This document shows, in pieces, positions 20,801-30,258 of a stretch of 64,000 nucleotides of DNA. The DNA lies in the NCBI GenBank assembly GCA_041398565.1, contig JAWKUN010000003.1:848529-912528 (forward strand). The letters are read 5' to 3'. Below the pieces are notes generated by a model that was given only the letters and a program-made list of their open reading frames with translations, made no database searches and was not told the DNA's origin. The translations under genes and the position numbers were made by a program. The first letter of the stretch is position 1. Every line of letters begins with the position of its first letter. This DNA is from Planctomycetota bacterium (GTDB lineage: Bacteria > Planctomycetota > UBA1135 > UBA2386).

Positions 20801-21060
20801 GGGACGGCGGACAGCATGCGCACGAGCCGCTCGCGCATCTCGGCGGCGGCGTTCTCGGTGAAGGTGACGGCCAGGACGCAGTCGGGGTCGATGTGCTGGG
20901 TGAGCAGCGCCGCCAGCAGGCGTCCGACCAGGAGCGACGTCTTGCCGGTGCCGGCGCCGGCGGTGACGACCAGGTTGTGGCCGAAGTCGGTGAGCGCGGC
21001 CCGGCGCGCGGCATGGTCGGGCAGGTCCACGGTCCGCCGCGCGTCAGGAACCATCGTCAC
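17899..21060 (-). CDS. addA: UvrD/Rep-type helicase-nuclease, AddA-like (C-terminal PD-(D/E)xK nuclease)
   Basis: Walker A is AGAGTGKTS, followed by FTENAAAEMRER and ILVDEFQDTD. The C-terminal part GIVDVVFADAAGDVHVLDWKTD is the nuclease motif. Confidence 0.85.
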   Translation of the reverse strand: MTMVPDARRTVDLPDHAARRAALTDFGHNLVVTAGAGTGKTSLLVGRLLAALLTQHIDPDCVLAVTFTENAAAEMRERLVRMLSAVPAFVAGESVDAADAFVLAALGIGPEHVRRAGDVLGDVDRLVLSTFHGFCLRLLQEHAAALDLPAVVQVGSDESVRARFDRDFFEFLGPATEGEHAEALERFDAAELRELAFALLNMPEEAWDELRRPFQPHDLPAREADLRALVDAHAGARPAWRDCADAVLSAYAALRRGEAAAGRPDVLAKNTPKAGKRELGEQRDAAATEGLDAHRKYVLGLLDADEESIALAHAFLLPFLHAQRQARARAGELSFDDLLLLVRRVLLDRGAVRKKLAQRFQTILVDEFQDTDPLQYDVLFLLASDPARDPGGAARDPCALALRPCLFIVGDAKQSVYRFRRADVGAYFRAVEHVASGRRLALSANFRSRPQILHFVNETCRHTLTEDVPYQLGYEAVVPVRGGSTPARVELLLLEADALAGKAHERRQREGRAIQRLIGELQAEGVKLGDIAILLRAAADTTWLLRPLRQADIPYVLQGSRRFYSRHEIVLAGALMAAMARPFDAVPTLAVLRSALCGASDRDLLRHRASGGTFDWRQEPAGEGAVAEGMRFLRDLHGRIAGQPLHEALPAILRHEELLLVEGSGFEGAQRLANLDRLLQQLLRAAPLDLAEAAALVERRTLRETDDEESPLFDRDTDAVRIMTVHAAKGLEFEVVIVPDLARRPPSDPDGDGAPAQRTFTADGRALVAVQVGERKNRAALVARVEAGKHQEAEERRLFYVAATRAKERLLLVGHDDEKLTQESLWQRDLTSVPVGSNGLLVRPMRPTGIEAIPTTSGPDEDLGSTVEALAAHRALAVRAAQAARRRSLRPSAVDDRPGRWPVTGGVAGEAARRRGQAAHAYLAVVDLQRTDVDPDLLAAVSGAEADRDELYGWLARFHRGDVAAALRSAAWVEREIALTYRDGDGQVVHGIVDVVFADAAGDVHVLDWKTDRDPDPEAHVAQLAAYARGVQAVLGLTRAPTTAAVFLAKGDA

Positions 21061-23929
21061 CTCCGAGAACCGGCTGGTAGGTCGACTTGCTGCGCAGGCG
21101 CAGGTAGCGCTGCACGGTCGGTCGGTCGGCGTTGTAGACGCGTTCGCGGCTGGGTGGATGCAGCCGCCGGCAGGCGGCGCGGAACTCGCAGAAGCGGCAC
21201 ACGCGCGCGGCGTCCATGCCCGGCACGAAGGTCCCGGACGCGCGCACGTCGGCCAGGACCTGCAGCGTCTCGCGCAACGCGTCGGTGAACTTGCCGCCGA
21301 GGAAGTCCTGGGCGTAGCGCCACCTCAGCCAGAACTCGTCGTCACCGGCGAGCCCGGGGTGCACGGCGCGCACGCCCAGGTCGTGCACGTGCCCGCCGAG
21401 CGTTTGCGTTGCCATCGCGGCGTACGCCGGCATCTGCAGGTGGCGTCCCTTGAGGATCTCGGTGGTGGAGAGGACCTGGCGCGGGCGGGCGCCGGTCTTG
21501 TAGTCGATGATGCGCAGGCTGCCGTCGGCCAGGCGGTCGACGCGGTCGGCACGCCCGCGTACCGACAGGCTGCGACCGTCGCCCAGGTCGAGCTCTCCCT
21601 CGAGCGGATGCTCTTGATGCAGCGGGGTGAGTCCGTGCGTCCGCAGCGCGCGCACGTCGTCGGCGAAGGTGCGCGCCACGGCGTCCGTCCACTGGCGCAC
21701 CAGGATGCGGTGCAGGCCGGGCAGGGTGTGGGCCAGCGGCGACGCGTCCGCCAGCATCGCGTCCAGGCGCGGCAACAGCTCGTGTGCCAGGGCCGCCTCG
21801 TCGACGACTTCGTCCGTCTGCGCGGCGCGTCCCAGCCGCGCGTGCAGCTGGGCCAGGAGATCGTGCACGTTGGCGCCGACCGCGGACGGCGCCAGCGCCA
21901 GCGCATCGGGTTCCGGCGGCAGCGGCTGCACGCGCAGCACGCGCTGGAACAGATACTGATGCGCGCACTTGGCGAGCTGCTCCAGGCTGCTCACCGACAC
22001 GGCGCCGGCGCGCTCGCGATCGTCGTCGCTGCCGATGTCGCCGTCGAAGGCGAGGTCGCCCGCGAAGCGTTCGAGCGTGGCGACACGCTTGGTCGCCGCG
22101 GCGCCGCGCGCGCCGAGCAGCTTGCTCGCCGCCGCCGCCGAGCTGCCGATCAGGGCCACGTGGACCACGGCGGCATCGAGCGGAGCGAGCCCGCTCTGCA
22201 CGCGGGCCAGGGCGCGCGCCTGCGGGTGCGCGCGTTCCACCGTCTCGTCGCAGCCGGCGAGCACCGGGGCCAGGGTCGATTCGAGCAGCGGCGAAGGACC
22301 GACTGGCCGGCCCTGCGTGTCGGTCTGCGACCGGCTGACGTGCAGCGCGCTGGTCGGTAGCGCGGCGAGCTGGACGAGGCGGCGCGTCTCGTCGGCACGC
22401 ACCGTCGCGCGCGGCGACAGGCCCAGCGCCACGCGGTCGTGGTCGGACAGGAAGGTCGGCGGCGGCGTCGGCAGCGGCACTTGGTCGTCGGCCGCGCCGA
22501 GCAAGGTGAGGTGCCGCGCCGGGAAGGCCAGCGCGTCGCCGTACTCGACGACGTGGACGGCCTCGCCGCCGGACGGGCCGACCGGCAAGCCGCGTCCCTG
22601 CAGCAGGTCGAGCGCATCGCCGACGAAGTCGTCGGCGGCGGCGTAGCGTAGCTCGGTCGAGAGTTCGGCGAGCGTGGCGGCGGCCTCGGCGTCGCGGCTG
22701 CCCGTCGCAGGCTCGTTCAGCTCGCCATCGAGCAAGTGGATCAGGGCGTCGACCTTCTCCTCGCCGGTGCGGGCGTCTTGTGCTGTTCGCACGCGGCCAG
22801 CGAGCCGTCGCACGCGCTCCGCTGCTGCGGGGGCCCGGTCGCTCAGGGCCGCGACGACGCGCTCGGGCAGGGCGCCTGCGCCGGACAGGCCGAGCGTCCG
22901 CGCCCGCACCTCGAGCGCGTGCTGCTCGGCGGGGGGCAGCGGCTCCTTCGCCAGCTCGCTGCCGGCCAGCGCCAGGTAGGCGCGGGCCGGGGCGCCGTCG
23001 AACAGGAGGCGCACGGCGTGTGCTGCCAGCGCGCCGCGCGGTTCGCGCGTGATCGGCGTTTCGGCGTGCGCCCGCAAGGGCATGCCCTCGGCGGCGAAGG
23101 CGACGGTCAGCGAGGGGACGTACGGTCCGAGCCGCGGTGCAGCCACCACCATGTCGCGCAGCGTGACCCCGGACGCGAACGCCAGCGCGCAACGGTGCGC
23201 AGCGGCGCGCAGCTCGGCATCGAGCGTCGGGTGCGCCGAGCGGCTGCGGGCGGCGACGGGCACCTCTGCCGCGGGCGCGGTCACGATCTGGACGTCGCTG
23301 CACGCGGCCAGGTGATCCAGCACGCCCAGCACGTCGCGCGCGTCGTGGTCGCCGACCTTGGCCACGAAGAGCGGTTGCCGCGGACGCCGGCCGGCCGCCA
23401 GCAGCGAACGCAGGCGCGCGATGCGCTTGCCGCGGCTCTCGCGCGCGTGCGCGGCCAGGGCGGCAGCGAAGGCCCGGGCGATCGCGAGCGTCTCGCGCCC
23501 CCAGTTCGAGAGAGAGGGCGCGGCCGCACCCGGCTCCGGCGCTCCCCCGCGCATCCACTCGCGGCACGTGGCGAGCAGCGCGCCCAGGCTGGCGCGGTGG
23601 CGCAGGGCGTAGGGCGCCGCTTCGCCGCGCTGGCCGCGCAGCACTTCGCACAGGATCGCGCGTTCGGCCAGGGGGGGCAGCACGTCGTCGCCGGCGGGTT
23701 CGCCGAGCAACCAGGACAGCTCGCGCGCCAACGCCACCGGGGTGAGGAAGCGCACGCCGAGCATGCCGCCGCGTTCTGCAACCACCGAGTCGCGCAGCGC
23801 GGTCGCCGCCTCCGCCGACGAGGCGAGGACGAAGGCGCGGCCGTGCCGCCCCGAACCCTCCGGCAGATGGGCGCACAGCCACCGCACGTGAGGGTGCATC
23901 GCCGTGGCAACCGCCTTGGCCCGTCGCAT
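21044..23929 (-). CDS. addB: AddB-like PD-(D/E)xK nuclease subunit with a C-terminal Cys cluster
   Basis: GRADRVDRLADGSLRIIDYKTG is the nuclease motif, and the C-terminal CRFCEFRAAC is an Fe-S-type cysteine cluster. No Walker A is seen. The ORF extends to 24073, but that would overlap the divergent gene, so the start at 23929 or 23899 is preferred. It overlaps addA by 17 nt. Confidence 0.75.
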   Translation of the reverse strand: MRRAKAVATAMHPHVRWLCAHLPEGSGRHGRAFVLASSAEAATALRDSVVAERGGMLGVRFLTPVALARELSWLLGEPAGDDVLPPLAERAILCEVLRGQRGEAAPYALRHRASLGALLATCREWMRGGAPEPGAAAPSLSNWGRETLAIARAFAAALAAHARESRGKRIARLRSLLAAGRRPRQPLFVAKVGDHDARDVLGVLDHLAACSDVQIVTAPAAEVPVAARSRSAHPTLDAELRAAAHRCALAFASGVTLRDMVVAAPRLGPYVPSLTVAFAAEGMPLRAHAETPITREPRGALAAHAVRLLFDGAPARAYLALAGSELAKEPLPPAEQHALEVRARTLGLSGAGALPERVVAALSDRAPAAAERVRRLAGRVRTAQDARTGEEKVDALIHLLDGELNEPATGSRDAEAAATLAELSTELRYAAADDFVGDALDLLQGRGLPVGPSGGEAVHVVEYGDALAFPARHLTLLGAADDQVPLPTPPPTFLSDHDRVALGLSPRATVRADETRRLVQLAALPTSALHVSRSQTDTQGRPVGPSPLLESTLAPVLAGCDETVERAHPQARALARVQSGLAPLDAAVVHVALIGSSAAAASKLLGARGAAATKRVATLERFAGDLAFDGDIGSDDDRERAGAVSVSSLEQLAKCAHQYLFQRVLRVQPLPPEPDALALAPSAVGANVHDLLAQLHARLGRAAQTDEVVDEAALAHELLPRLDAMLADASPLAHTLPGLHRILVRQWTDAVARTFADDVRALRTHGLTPLHQEHPLEGELDLGDGRSLSVRGRADRVDRLADGSLRIIDYKTGARPRQVLSTTEILKGRHLQMPAYAAMATQTLGGHVHDLGVRAVHPGLAGDDEFWLRWRYAQDFLGGKFTDALRETLQVLADVRASGTFVPGMDAARVCRFCEFRAACRRLHPPSRERVYNADRPTVQRYLRLRSKSTYQPVLGGDDGS

Positions 23930-24024
23930 GCGCACAGTATGCGCGCCGGCACGCGGGTCCCGATCGACAAAGCTGGCGCGCACGCCGTGGCCGGCCGCGG
24001 GGGCGCCGGTAGCATGGATTCGCG

Positions 24025-25497
24025 ATGCGAGGACCGGTGCCGCCCACTCGAGCCAGCGCAGCACCGCTTCCATCGAGCGCTCGGAACCGTGGCACGCGCA
24101 CCGTGGCGGTGTGCTCGCTCGTCGCGCTGGCCTTGGTGTTGCGGGTCACGGGCCTCGGCGCGCATTCGCTCTGGTTCGACGAGTGCATGACCTGGCTCAT
24201 CGCGCGCGCACCGCGGCCGCTCGAACTCGTGCAGCAGGAGCTGAACCCACCGTTCGCGTACCTGGTGTTCTGGTCGTGGATCCGGATCGCCGGCGACTCG
24301 GTGTCGGCCCTGCGCCTGTTGCCGGCGCTGGCGTCGTTCGCGGCAGTCCTCTTGGGGGCGCGTGCCGCCCACGAACTCGCGGGACCGCGCGCCGGTCTCG
24401 TGGCGCTGCTGCTGCTCGGCACGAGCCCGCTGAGCGTGTGGTACGGACAGGAGGTGCGTTCCTACTGCTTCGTCGAGGTCGGGTCGGCGCTGCTCCTGCT
24501 GGCCTGGGCGCGGCGGCATGGAGGACGCCGGTCGTGGCCGTGGGCGGCAGCGGGCACCTTCGTGGCGGTCGGATCGCACTACTTGGCTGTCCTCGTGCCG
24601 GCCCTGGTGCTCGGCGTGGCGTGGGGCCAGACCTGGTGGCGTCACCAGGGAGGAGGCATGCGCGTGCGGCTGGTGCGGGCGGCCGGCGATCCGTTCGTGC
24701 GCGGGGTCGCTCTCGGGCTGTTGTGCTGGCTGCCATGGTGGATCCTCGTCACGCGCGTGCAGCTGCGCACGCCTTGGGGACGAGGGTCGGTGCCCGACGC
24801 ACGCGCCCTCGTCGAGCTGCCGTCACGCCTCTACTTCGTCGCCGGTTCCGCGCTCGCGCCGGCCGTCCGCGGTCTCGTCGGAGTGGGGGTCGTGGTCTGG
24901 AACCTCGGTCTCGCCGCCGCGGCGTGGCGCGCCGTGCGTCGGCCCGGCGTGCTGCGCGTGCTGATGCTGATCCCGGCCGGCGCGGTCCTCGCCAGCGTCG
25001 CGGTGTCGTGGTGTTGCGTGCCGGTCTTCGGCGTGCGCTACCTGCTGGCGGCCCATCTCTGGCTGGTGACGGCAGTCGCGGCGGCGGTGCGGGCGCGGGT
25101 CGCCGAGACGGCGACCGTGGTTCTCGTCGCGGCCGTCGGCGTGGCCAACGTGCTCGCGACGCGTGCGGCCGACGTCAAGGAGGACTTCGCTGGCGCCGCC
25201 TCGGCCTTGACCGCGCGCTTCCAACCGGGTGACCGCATCGTGTGTCTGACCGGCGTGCTCGAAGCGTTCGAGCAAGCGCCGCTGCGCTACTACCTGCGTC
25301 ACGCACCCGAGTTGCTCGCAGCCCTGACTCCGGCGTTGGACGTCCTTGCCTCACCGACCCCCGGCACCGTGCACATCGTGTTGCGCGAGGCCCCCTATTC
25401 GTGGCCGCTCTGGCAGCGCCTGCTCGAGTGCGGCACCGTCGTGAGCGAAACACCGATGCACAACCGCGTGAAGTACGCGCAGCTCCGCCTGCCGTGA
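24025..25497 (+). CDS. ArnT/PMT-like (GT39/GT83-type) membrane glycosyltransferase
   Basis: The N-terminus SLWFDECMTWLIA...LNPPFAYLVFWSW, multiple TM segments and a soluble C-terminal domain together give the typical dolichyl/undecaprenyl-phosphate-sugar transferase architecture. Confidence 0.65.
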   Translation: MRGPVPPTRASAAPLPSSARNRGTRTVAVCSLVALALVLRVTGLGAHSLWFDECMTWLIARAPRPLELVQQELNPPFAYLVFWSWIRIAGDSVSALRLLPALASFAAVLLGARAAHELAGPRAGLVALLLLGTSPLSVWYGQEVRSYCFVEVGSALLLLAWARRHGGRRSWPWAAAGTFVAVGSHYLAVLVPALVLGVAWGQTWWRHQGGGMRVRLVRAAGDPFVRGVALGLLCWLPWWILVTRVQLRTPWGRGSVPDARALVELPSRLYFVAGSALAPAVRGLVGVGVVVWNLGLAAAAWRAVRRPGVLRVLMLIPAGAVLASVAVSWCCVPVFGVRYLLAAHLWLVTAVAAAVRARVAETATVVLVAAVGVANVLATRAADVKEDFAGAASALTARFQPGDRIVCLTGVLEAFEQAPLRYYLRHAPELLAALTPALDVLASPTPGTVHIVLREAPYSWPLWQRLLECGTVVSETPMHNRVKYAQLRLP

Positions 25498-25571
25498 ACC
25501 CCACGTTACGCCACCGTAACGATCCCCACACATTGGTGTCTGACTCCACTAGTGCGGGTACACGTGGGCGG

Positions 25572-26231
25572 GTGAACCGAGCCGAGAAGGTGCGGCGGAT
25601 CCTGCGCATCCTCGACGAGCTGTATCCGGCGCCGCCGATCCCGCTCGCGCACGAGGATCCGTTCACGCTGCTGGTGGCGGTGGTGCTGTCGGCGCAGACG
25701 ACGGATGCGCGGGTCAACGTGGTGACGCCCGGTCTGTTCGCCGAGGCGGCGACGCCCGCGGCCATGGCGGCGCTCGGGGCGCGACGCATCCTGCGCCACA
25801 TCCGCACCTGCGGGCTGGCGCCGACCAAGGCCAAGAACATCGCCGCGCTGTCGCGCCTGCTGATCGAGCGCCACGGCGGGCAGGTGCCCGCGGACCTCGA
25901 CGCGTTGACCGCGTTGCCCGGCGTCGGACGCAAGACCGCCAGCGTGGTGCTGGCGCAGGCCTTCGGCATTCCGGCGTTCCCGGTCGACACCCACATCCAC
26001 CGCCTGGCGCGACGTTTCGGTCTGTCGGACGGCAGCAGCGTGCTGCAGACGGAGCGGGACCTGCGCAAGGCCTTCCCCGAGGACACCTGGATCCGGGTTC
26101 ACCTGCAGCTGATCCAGTTCGGTCGCGAGCACTGCCCGGCTTTGCGCCACGACCCGGTCGGTTGTCCGATCTGCGCGTGGGCCGTGACCACCTCGCAGCG
26201 TGGCGGACGTCGTCCACGTGGTCAGGCCTGA
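25572..26231 (+). CDS. nth: endonuclease III (HhH-GPD DNA glycosylase/AP lyase)
   Basis: PFTLLVAVVLSAQTTD, the HhH-GPD motif LPGVGRKTASVVL, and DTHIHRLARR. The start is GTG at 25572, with alternatives TTG at 25533 and GTG at 25536. Confidence 0.85.
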   Translation: MNRAEKVRRILRILDELYPAPPIPLAHEDPFTLLVAVVLSAQTTDARVNVVTPGLFAEAATPAAMAALGARRILRHIRTCGLAPTKAKNIAALSRLLIERHGGQVPADLDALTALPGVGRKTASVVLAQAFGIPAFPVDTHIHRLARRFGLSDGSSVLQTERDLRKAFPEDTWIRVHLQLIQFGREHCPALRHDPVGCPICAWAVTTSQRGGRRPRGQA

Positions 26232-26351
26232 CGCCATCGGCGGAGCCGCCCGGTGGTGCTCGCCGAGTTCGAGGTCACGCCGCGCTGAGCACTGCGGTGC
26301 GCCGGGAACCGGCGTATGGATCTCCGATCGACGGCTGCCGATAACGCTGCC

Positions 26352-28010
26352 ATGTGTTCGATCCTCGGCATCCTGGAGATCAAGTCCGACCCCGGTGAGG
26401 CCCGCGAGCTGGCGCTCAGGCTGTCGCGCCTGCAGCGCCACCGCGGCCCCGACTGGTCGGGGGTGTGGGCCAGCGCCGATGCCGTCTTGGCGCACGAACG
26501 GCTGTCGATCGTCGACGTCGAGAACGGGGCCCAGCCGCTGCGCAGCGAGGACGACTCCCTCGTGCTGGCGGTCAACGGCGAGATCTACAACCACAAGGCG
26601 CTGCGCGCGCGCCTGCGCCGACCCTACGCGTTCGCCACCCAGAGCGACTGCGAGATCATCCTGCCGCTCTACCGCGAGCACGGACCGGCGTGCCTCGACA
26701 TGCTGGAGGGGATGTTCGCCTTCGTCCTGTGGGACGCGGCGGCGCGCTCCTACCTGATCGCGCGCGACCACCTCGGCATCGTTCCGCTCTACACCGGCCG
26801 CGACGCCGCCGGCAACCTGTTGGTCGCCTCCGAGATGAAGGCGCTGGTGCCGCACTGCCGGACCGTGAGCGCCTTCCCGCCCGGCCACTACCAGACCGGT
26901 GCTGACCACGAGCCACAGCGCTACTGGGCGCGCGATTGGTTCGACTTCGCTGCCGCCGACCGGCCGGGGCGACCGGCCGACATCCGCACCGCCCTCGAGG
27001 CTGCCGTGCACAGCCACCTGATGACCGACGTGCCCTACGGCGTGCTGCTCTCGGGCGGGCTCGATTCGTCCATCATCGCTGCCACCGCGGCCCGCTTCGC
27101 CGACCGGCGCATCGAGGACGACGACCGCAGCGAGGCCTGGTGGCCGCGCCTGCACTCGTTCGCCATCGGCCTGCACGACGCTCCCGACCTGGCGGCGGCT
27201 CGGGAGATGGCGAACCACATCGGCACCGTGCACCACGAGTTCCACTTCACGCCGCAAGAAGGTCTCGACGCGTTGCGCGACGTCGTCTACCACACCGAGA
27301 CCTACGACGTCACCACCGTCCGCGCCTCGACCCCGATGTTCCTCATGGCGCGCAGGATCCGCGCCATGGGCATCAAGATGGTGCTGTCGGGCGAGGGCTC
27401 GGACGAGATCTTCGGCGGCTACCTCTACTTCCACAAGGCGCCGGACCCGCGCGCACTGCACGAGGAGACCGTGCGCAAGCTGCAGGCGCTGCACCTCTAC
27501 GACAACCTGCGCGCCAACAAGTCGATGGCAGCTTGGGGCGTCGAGGCGCGCGTGCCGTTCCTCGACAAGACCTTCCTCGACACTGCCATGCGCATCGACC
27601 CGGCGAGCAAGATGGTGCGCGGCGGTCGGATCGAGAAGCAGATCCTGCGCGACGCGTTCGCCGACATCCTGCCGCCGCAGATTCTCGCGCGGCAGAAGGA
27701 GCAGTTCTCCGACGGCGTCGGCTACGGCTGGATCGACGCCCTCAAGGCCCACGCCGAGGCGAAGGTCTCCGACCACGACCTCCAGCGCGCGCACGAGCGC
27801 TTTCCGCACAACGTGCCGCAGACCAAGGAGGCCTACCTCTACCGCGCGATCTTCGCCGAGCACTTTCCCGGCGACGACGCGGCGCGGACGGTGCCGGGTG
27901 GACCCTCGGTCGCGTGCTCCACCGCGGCGGCGATCGCCTGGGACGCGGCGTTCGCCAAGATGGCCGACCCGTCCGGCCGCGCGGTGAAGGTGCACCGGTC
28001 GGCACTCTGA
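26352..28010 (+). CDS. asnB: asparagine synthase (glutamine-hydrolysing)
   Basis: MCSILGI gives the N-terminal nucleophile Cys2. The PP-loop is LLSGGLDSS, followed by a conserved C-terminal synthetase domain. Confidence 0.9.
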   Translation: MCSILGILEIKSDPGEARELALRLSRLQRHRGPDWSGVWASADAVLAHERLSIVDVENGAQPLRSEDDSLVLAVNGEIYNHKALRARLRRPYAFATQSDCEIILPLYREHGPACLDMLEGMFAFVLWDAAARSYLIARDHLGIVPLYTGRDAAGNLLVASEMKALVPHCRTVSAFPPGHYQTGADHEPQRYWARDWFDFAAADRPGRPADIRTALEAAVHSHLMTDVPYGVLLSGGLDSSIIAATAARFADRRIEDDDRSEAWWPRLHSFAIGLHDAPDLAAAREMANHIGTVHHEFHFTPQEGLDALRDVVYHTETYDVTTVRASTPMFLMARRIRAMGIKMVLSGEGSDEIFGGYLYFHKAPDPRALHEETVRKLQALHLYDNLRANKSMAAWGVEARVPFLDKTFLDTAMRIDPASKMVRGGRIEKQILRDAFADILPPQILARQKEQFSDGVGYGWIDALKAHAEAKVSDHDLQRAHERFPHNVPQTKEAYLYRAIFAEHFPGDDAARTVPGGPSVACSTAAAIAWDAAFAKMADPSGRAVKVHRSAL

Positions 28011-28049
28011 CCCCGAGGCTCGGACCGATCGGCCCGTCGCCGTCGCGTC

Positions 28050-28835
28050 TCACCCCGGTGGCGCAGACGGACCACCCGTCCGATGCGCCGATGCCGCGAC
28101 CCGCTGCCACAGGGCCGCGAGCCATTCGGGCCAGGCCAGCTCGGCGAGGGGCAGGACCAGGTGGCTGCACCCGGTCAGCACGCGCAGATCGGCGTCGGGC
28201 AGCAGCCCGAGCATCTCGCGCGCGCAAGCGAGCGACGGCACGACGCGGTCGCGGTCGGCGGCGAACAGCGCCACGGGCTGCCGCACGCCATCGAGGTGCC
28301 GGCGTAGGTCGAGCTCGGCGACGAGGCGCAGGCGCGCGCGGTAGGCGGCGTCGAAGCGCGGTGGCCTCTGCGCCATCGTCGCGGTCAGCTCGGGTCGTTC
28401 CTGCGCGCCGAGCGCCCGCCGCGCCCCCACGCGCATGCGCAGCCAGCGCAGCGCGCCGGGCGGGCACAGCGCGCTGGCGGCGCGGGTCAGGGCCAGCTGC
28501 CCGCGGCGCGGGTAGCGCACGAAGCTGTTCACCAGCGCCAGCGCGACGACTCGCTGGGGCGCTGCCAGCGCGGCTCGCAGGGCGATGGCGCCGCCGAACG
28601 ACTCGGCCAGCAGCAGGCTGGGGCCTGCCTCGACTGCCGCCAGCGCGTCGAGCGCTGTGTCGGTCAGGTGTGCGTAGCTGTCGGCGCCGCCGGGTCGGTA
28701 GTGCAGGCGGATGACGCGGAAGCGCGCGCGCAGCCGCGCGGCGCACGGCGTCATCAGCGCCCCGGTGCCGCCGATGCCCGGCAGGTAGACGACCGTCGGG
28801 CCGTGGCCGTCGTCGTCGAGGATGTCGGCACGCAC
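28050..28835 (-). CDS. alpha/beta-fold hydrolase
   Basis: The nucleophile elbow is AESFGG, and a C-terminal GCSHLV region supplies the probable catalytic His. 261 aa. Confidence 0.7.
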   Translation of the reverse strand: MRADILDDDGHGPTVVYLPGIGGTGALMTPCAARLRARFRVIRLHYRPGGADSYAHLTDTALDALAAVEAGPSLLLAESFGGAIALRAALAAPQRVVALALVNSFVRYPRRGQLALTRAASALCPPGALRWLRMRVGARRALGAQERPELTATMAQRPPRFDAAYRARLRLVAELDLRRHLDGVRQPVALFAADRDRVVPSLACAREMLGLLPDADLRVLTGCSHLVLPLAELAWPEWLAALWQRVAASAHRTGGPSAPPG

Positions 28836-28920
28836 GCGCCCTGGCTACCAGGTGCCGGGGCGGCGATCAACGGCCAGCGGGCTTCGCTTCTCGGCGGCGG
28901 ACCGGCTTCGCAGCAGCTGC

Positions 28921-29784
28921 TCAGCCCTGCTGCGGCGGCGCGCCGTCTTCGGGCGGCTTCGACATGCCGAGCATGCGTTTGACGCCCTTCTTCATCGCCT
29001 TCCAGCCGTCGCGCACGTTGCGGCTGAGCTGTTCGAGCGGCATCGCCACCTTGCCCTTGAACTTCTCGTCCGGGCGCGCCTGGAACACCGTGCTGTGCGC
29101 CTTGCCGTCCCAGTGGGCCGGCGGCTCCTTGGTGTAGTAGTAGGCGGCGAAGGATTTGCGCGCGACGCCGGGCGGCGCCGTCAGAGGCGTCACGCCGTGG
29201 TAGCTGGTCTCGCTGGTCTCGAACACCACGCAGCGGTTCAGGATCGGCGCGTAGGAGTGCCAGCACTTCTTGACGTCCTTGTCCCACAGCTCGATGCGGC
29301 CGCCCCAGTCCTCGTGCCACTCCGGGTTGAGGTAGACGAGGATGTTGAGGCGGCGGTGCCACCCGCGGTCGTCGAGGATGTTGAAGTCGACGTGCACGTC
29401 GAGCCGGCCGCCCGGACCGGTCTGGTGCATGCCGCCGCCGTCGAGCTTGTCGTCGGCCAGGAGGTTCGGGATGCCGGTGATGTAGCTGAGGTCGGCGAGG
29501 AACTCCGGCGAGGACAGCGCCTTGTGCAGGGCGAGCACCGGGGGCGGGAACCTGCTGGAGTCGGTGATCTGCAGCTTGAGCTTCTCGTTGACGCTCTTGA
29601 AGGTCAGACCCATCTTCTGCGCCTCGTCGAAGCCGGGCATCGCCGCCGCCACCTCTCGGGCGAAGGCCTCGTCGAGGAAGCCGTCGATCTTGAAGAACGG
29701 GAAGGGCTGTCCGCTCCGGAACTCGTTGCGGAGCTGGTCGCGGTCGTACGGGCGAAGGACGCGCGTCGTCGAGGTGGCTGTCAT
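28921..29784 (-). CDS. 2OG-Fe(II) oxygenase superfamily protein (prolyl-hydroxylase-like)
   Basis: LDVHVDF is the HxD iron motif, SYHGV supplies the distal His, and RKSFAAYYY supplies the 2OG-binding Arg/Lys. The start at 29784 (MTATSTT) is preferred over 29847. Confidence 0.7.
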   Translation of the reverse strand: MTATSTTRVLRPYDRDQLRNEFRSGQPFPFFKIDGFLDEAFAREVAAAMPGFDEAQKMGLTFKSVNEKLKLQITDSSRFPPPVLALHKALSSPEFLADLSYITGIPNLLADDKLDGGGMHQTGPGGRLDVHVDFNILDDRGWHRRLNILVYLNPEWHEDWGGRIELWDKDVKKCWHSYAPILNRCVVFETSETSYHGVTPLTAPPGVARKSFAAYYYTKEPPAHWDGKAHSTVFQARPDEKFKGKVAMPLEQLSRNVRDGWKAMKKGVKRMLGMSKPPEDGAPPQQG

Positions 29785-30258
29785 GGCGATGTCGGGTTCC
29801 AGCGAGGGCCGGTCGGTCGCAGCGGGTGGCGCGGCCAGCGGCTGCACTCATCTTGTCGGCGGTGCGGCGAGCTTTCCAGGAGACCGCCTCACCCGCGGCC
29901 TGGCACGGGTCAACCGCCGAGAGACTATCGGGTTTTCAGCCGCCGTTTCGTGTGCGGCGATCGCGATCTTCTGCTCGCCGTACCGCGTCGCCGCTCCGCC
30001 GCGCGTGCGCACCTCGGCCCGAGCGCACGCGCCGTTGGCGCCGCGCCGTCGGTGCGATCGTCGTTTGCAGGTCCTTGCATCGGGTGGCCCGGCCGCGTAG
30101 CTCAGTGTCGTGATCGCAGCGGTTCGGGCAGTCCCGTCAGGCGTCGGCGCACGGCGCCAGTCACCACCGTCGGCCGTGCGCGGGGCAGGCGGCGTTGCCC
30201 TGCGGCCCGCGGCAGCCTCGAGCGTCGCGTCACGCGAGACCCGGCCCCCAGCGTTGCG

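Noticed and set aside
19495-24422. Very long ORFs on the + strand and in other minus frames across addA/addB (19495..21288, 19823..22360, 21342..24422). Similar cases are 3805..5364, 5352..6887, 45636..47954, 55293..57176, 35524..36900 and 38333..40294.
   Set aside because: Their translations are dominated by Arg, Ala, Gly and Pro, they lack family motifs, and they lie antisense or out of frame to ORFs with clear motifs. These are classic high-G+C shadow ORFs.
30091-30107. GGCCGCGTAGCTCAGTG resembles the acceptor/D-arm start of a tRNA.
   Set aside because: Downstream sequence cannot form a D-stem closure, anticodon arm, T-arm (no GGTTCGAATCC-type loop with a complementary stem) or acceptor pairing. 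A 9-12-nt match of this kind is expected by chance in 128 kb of two-strand sequence.
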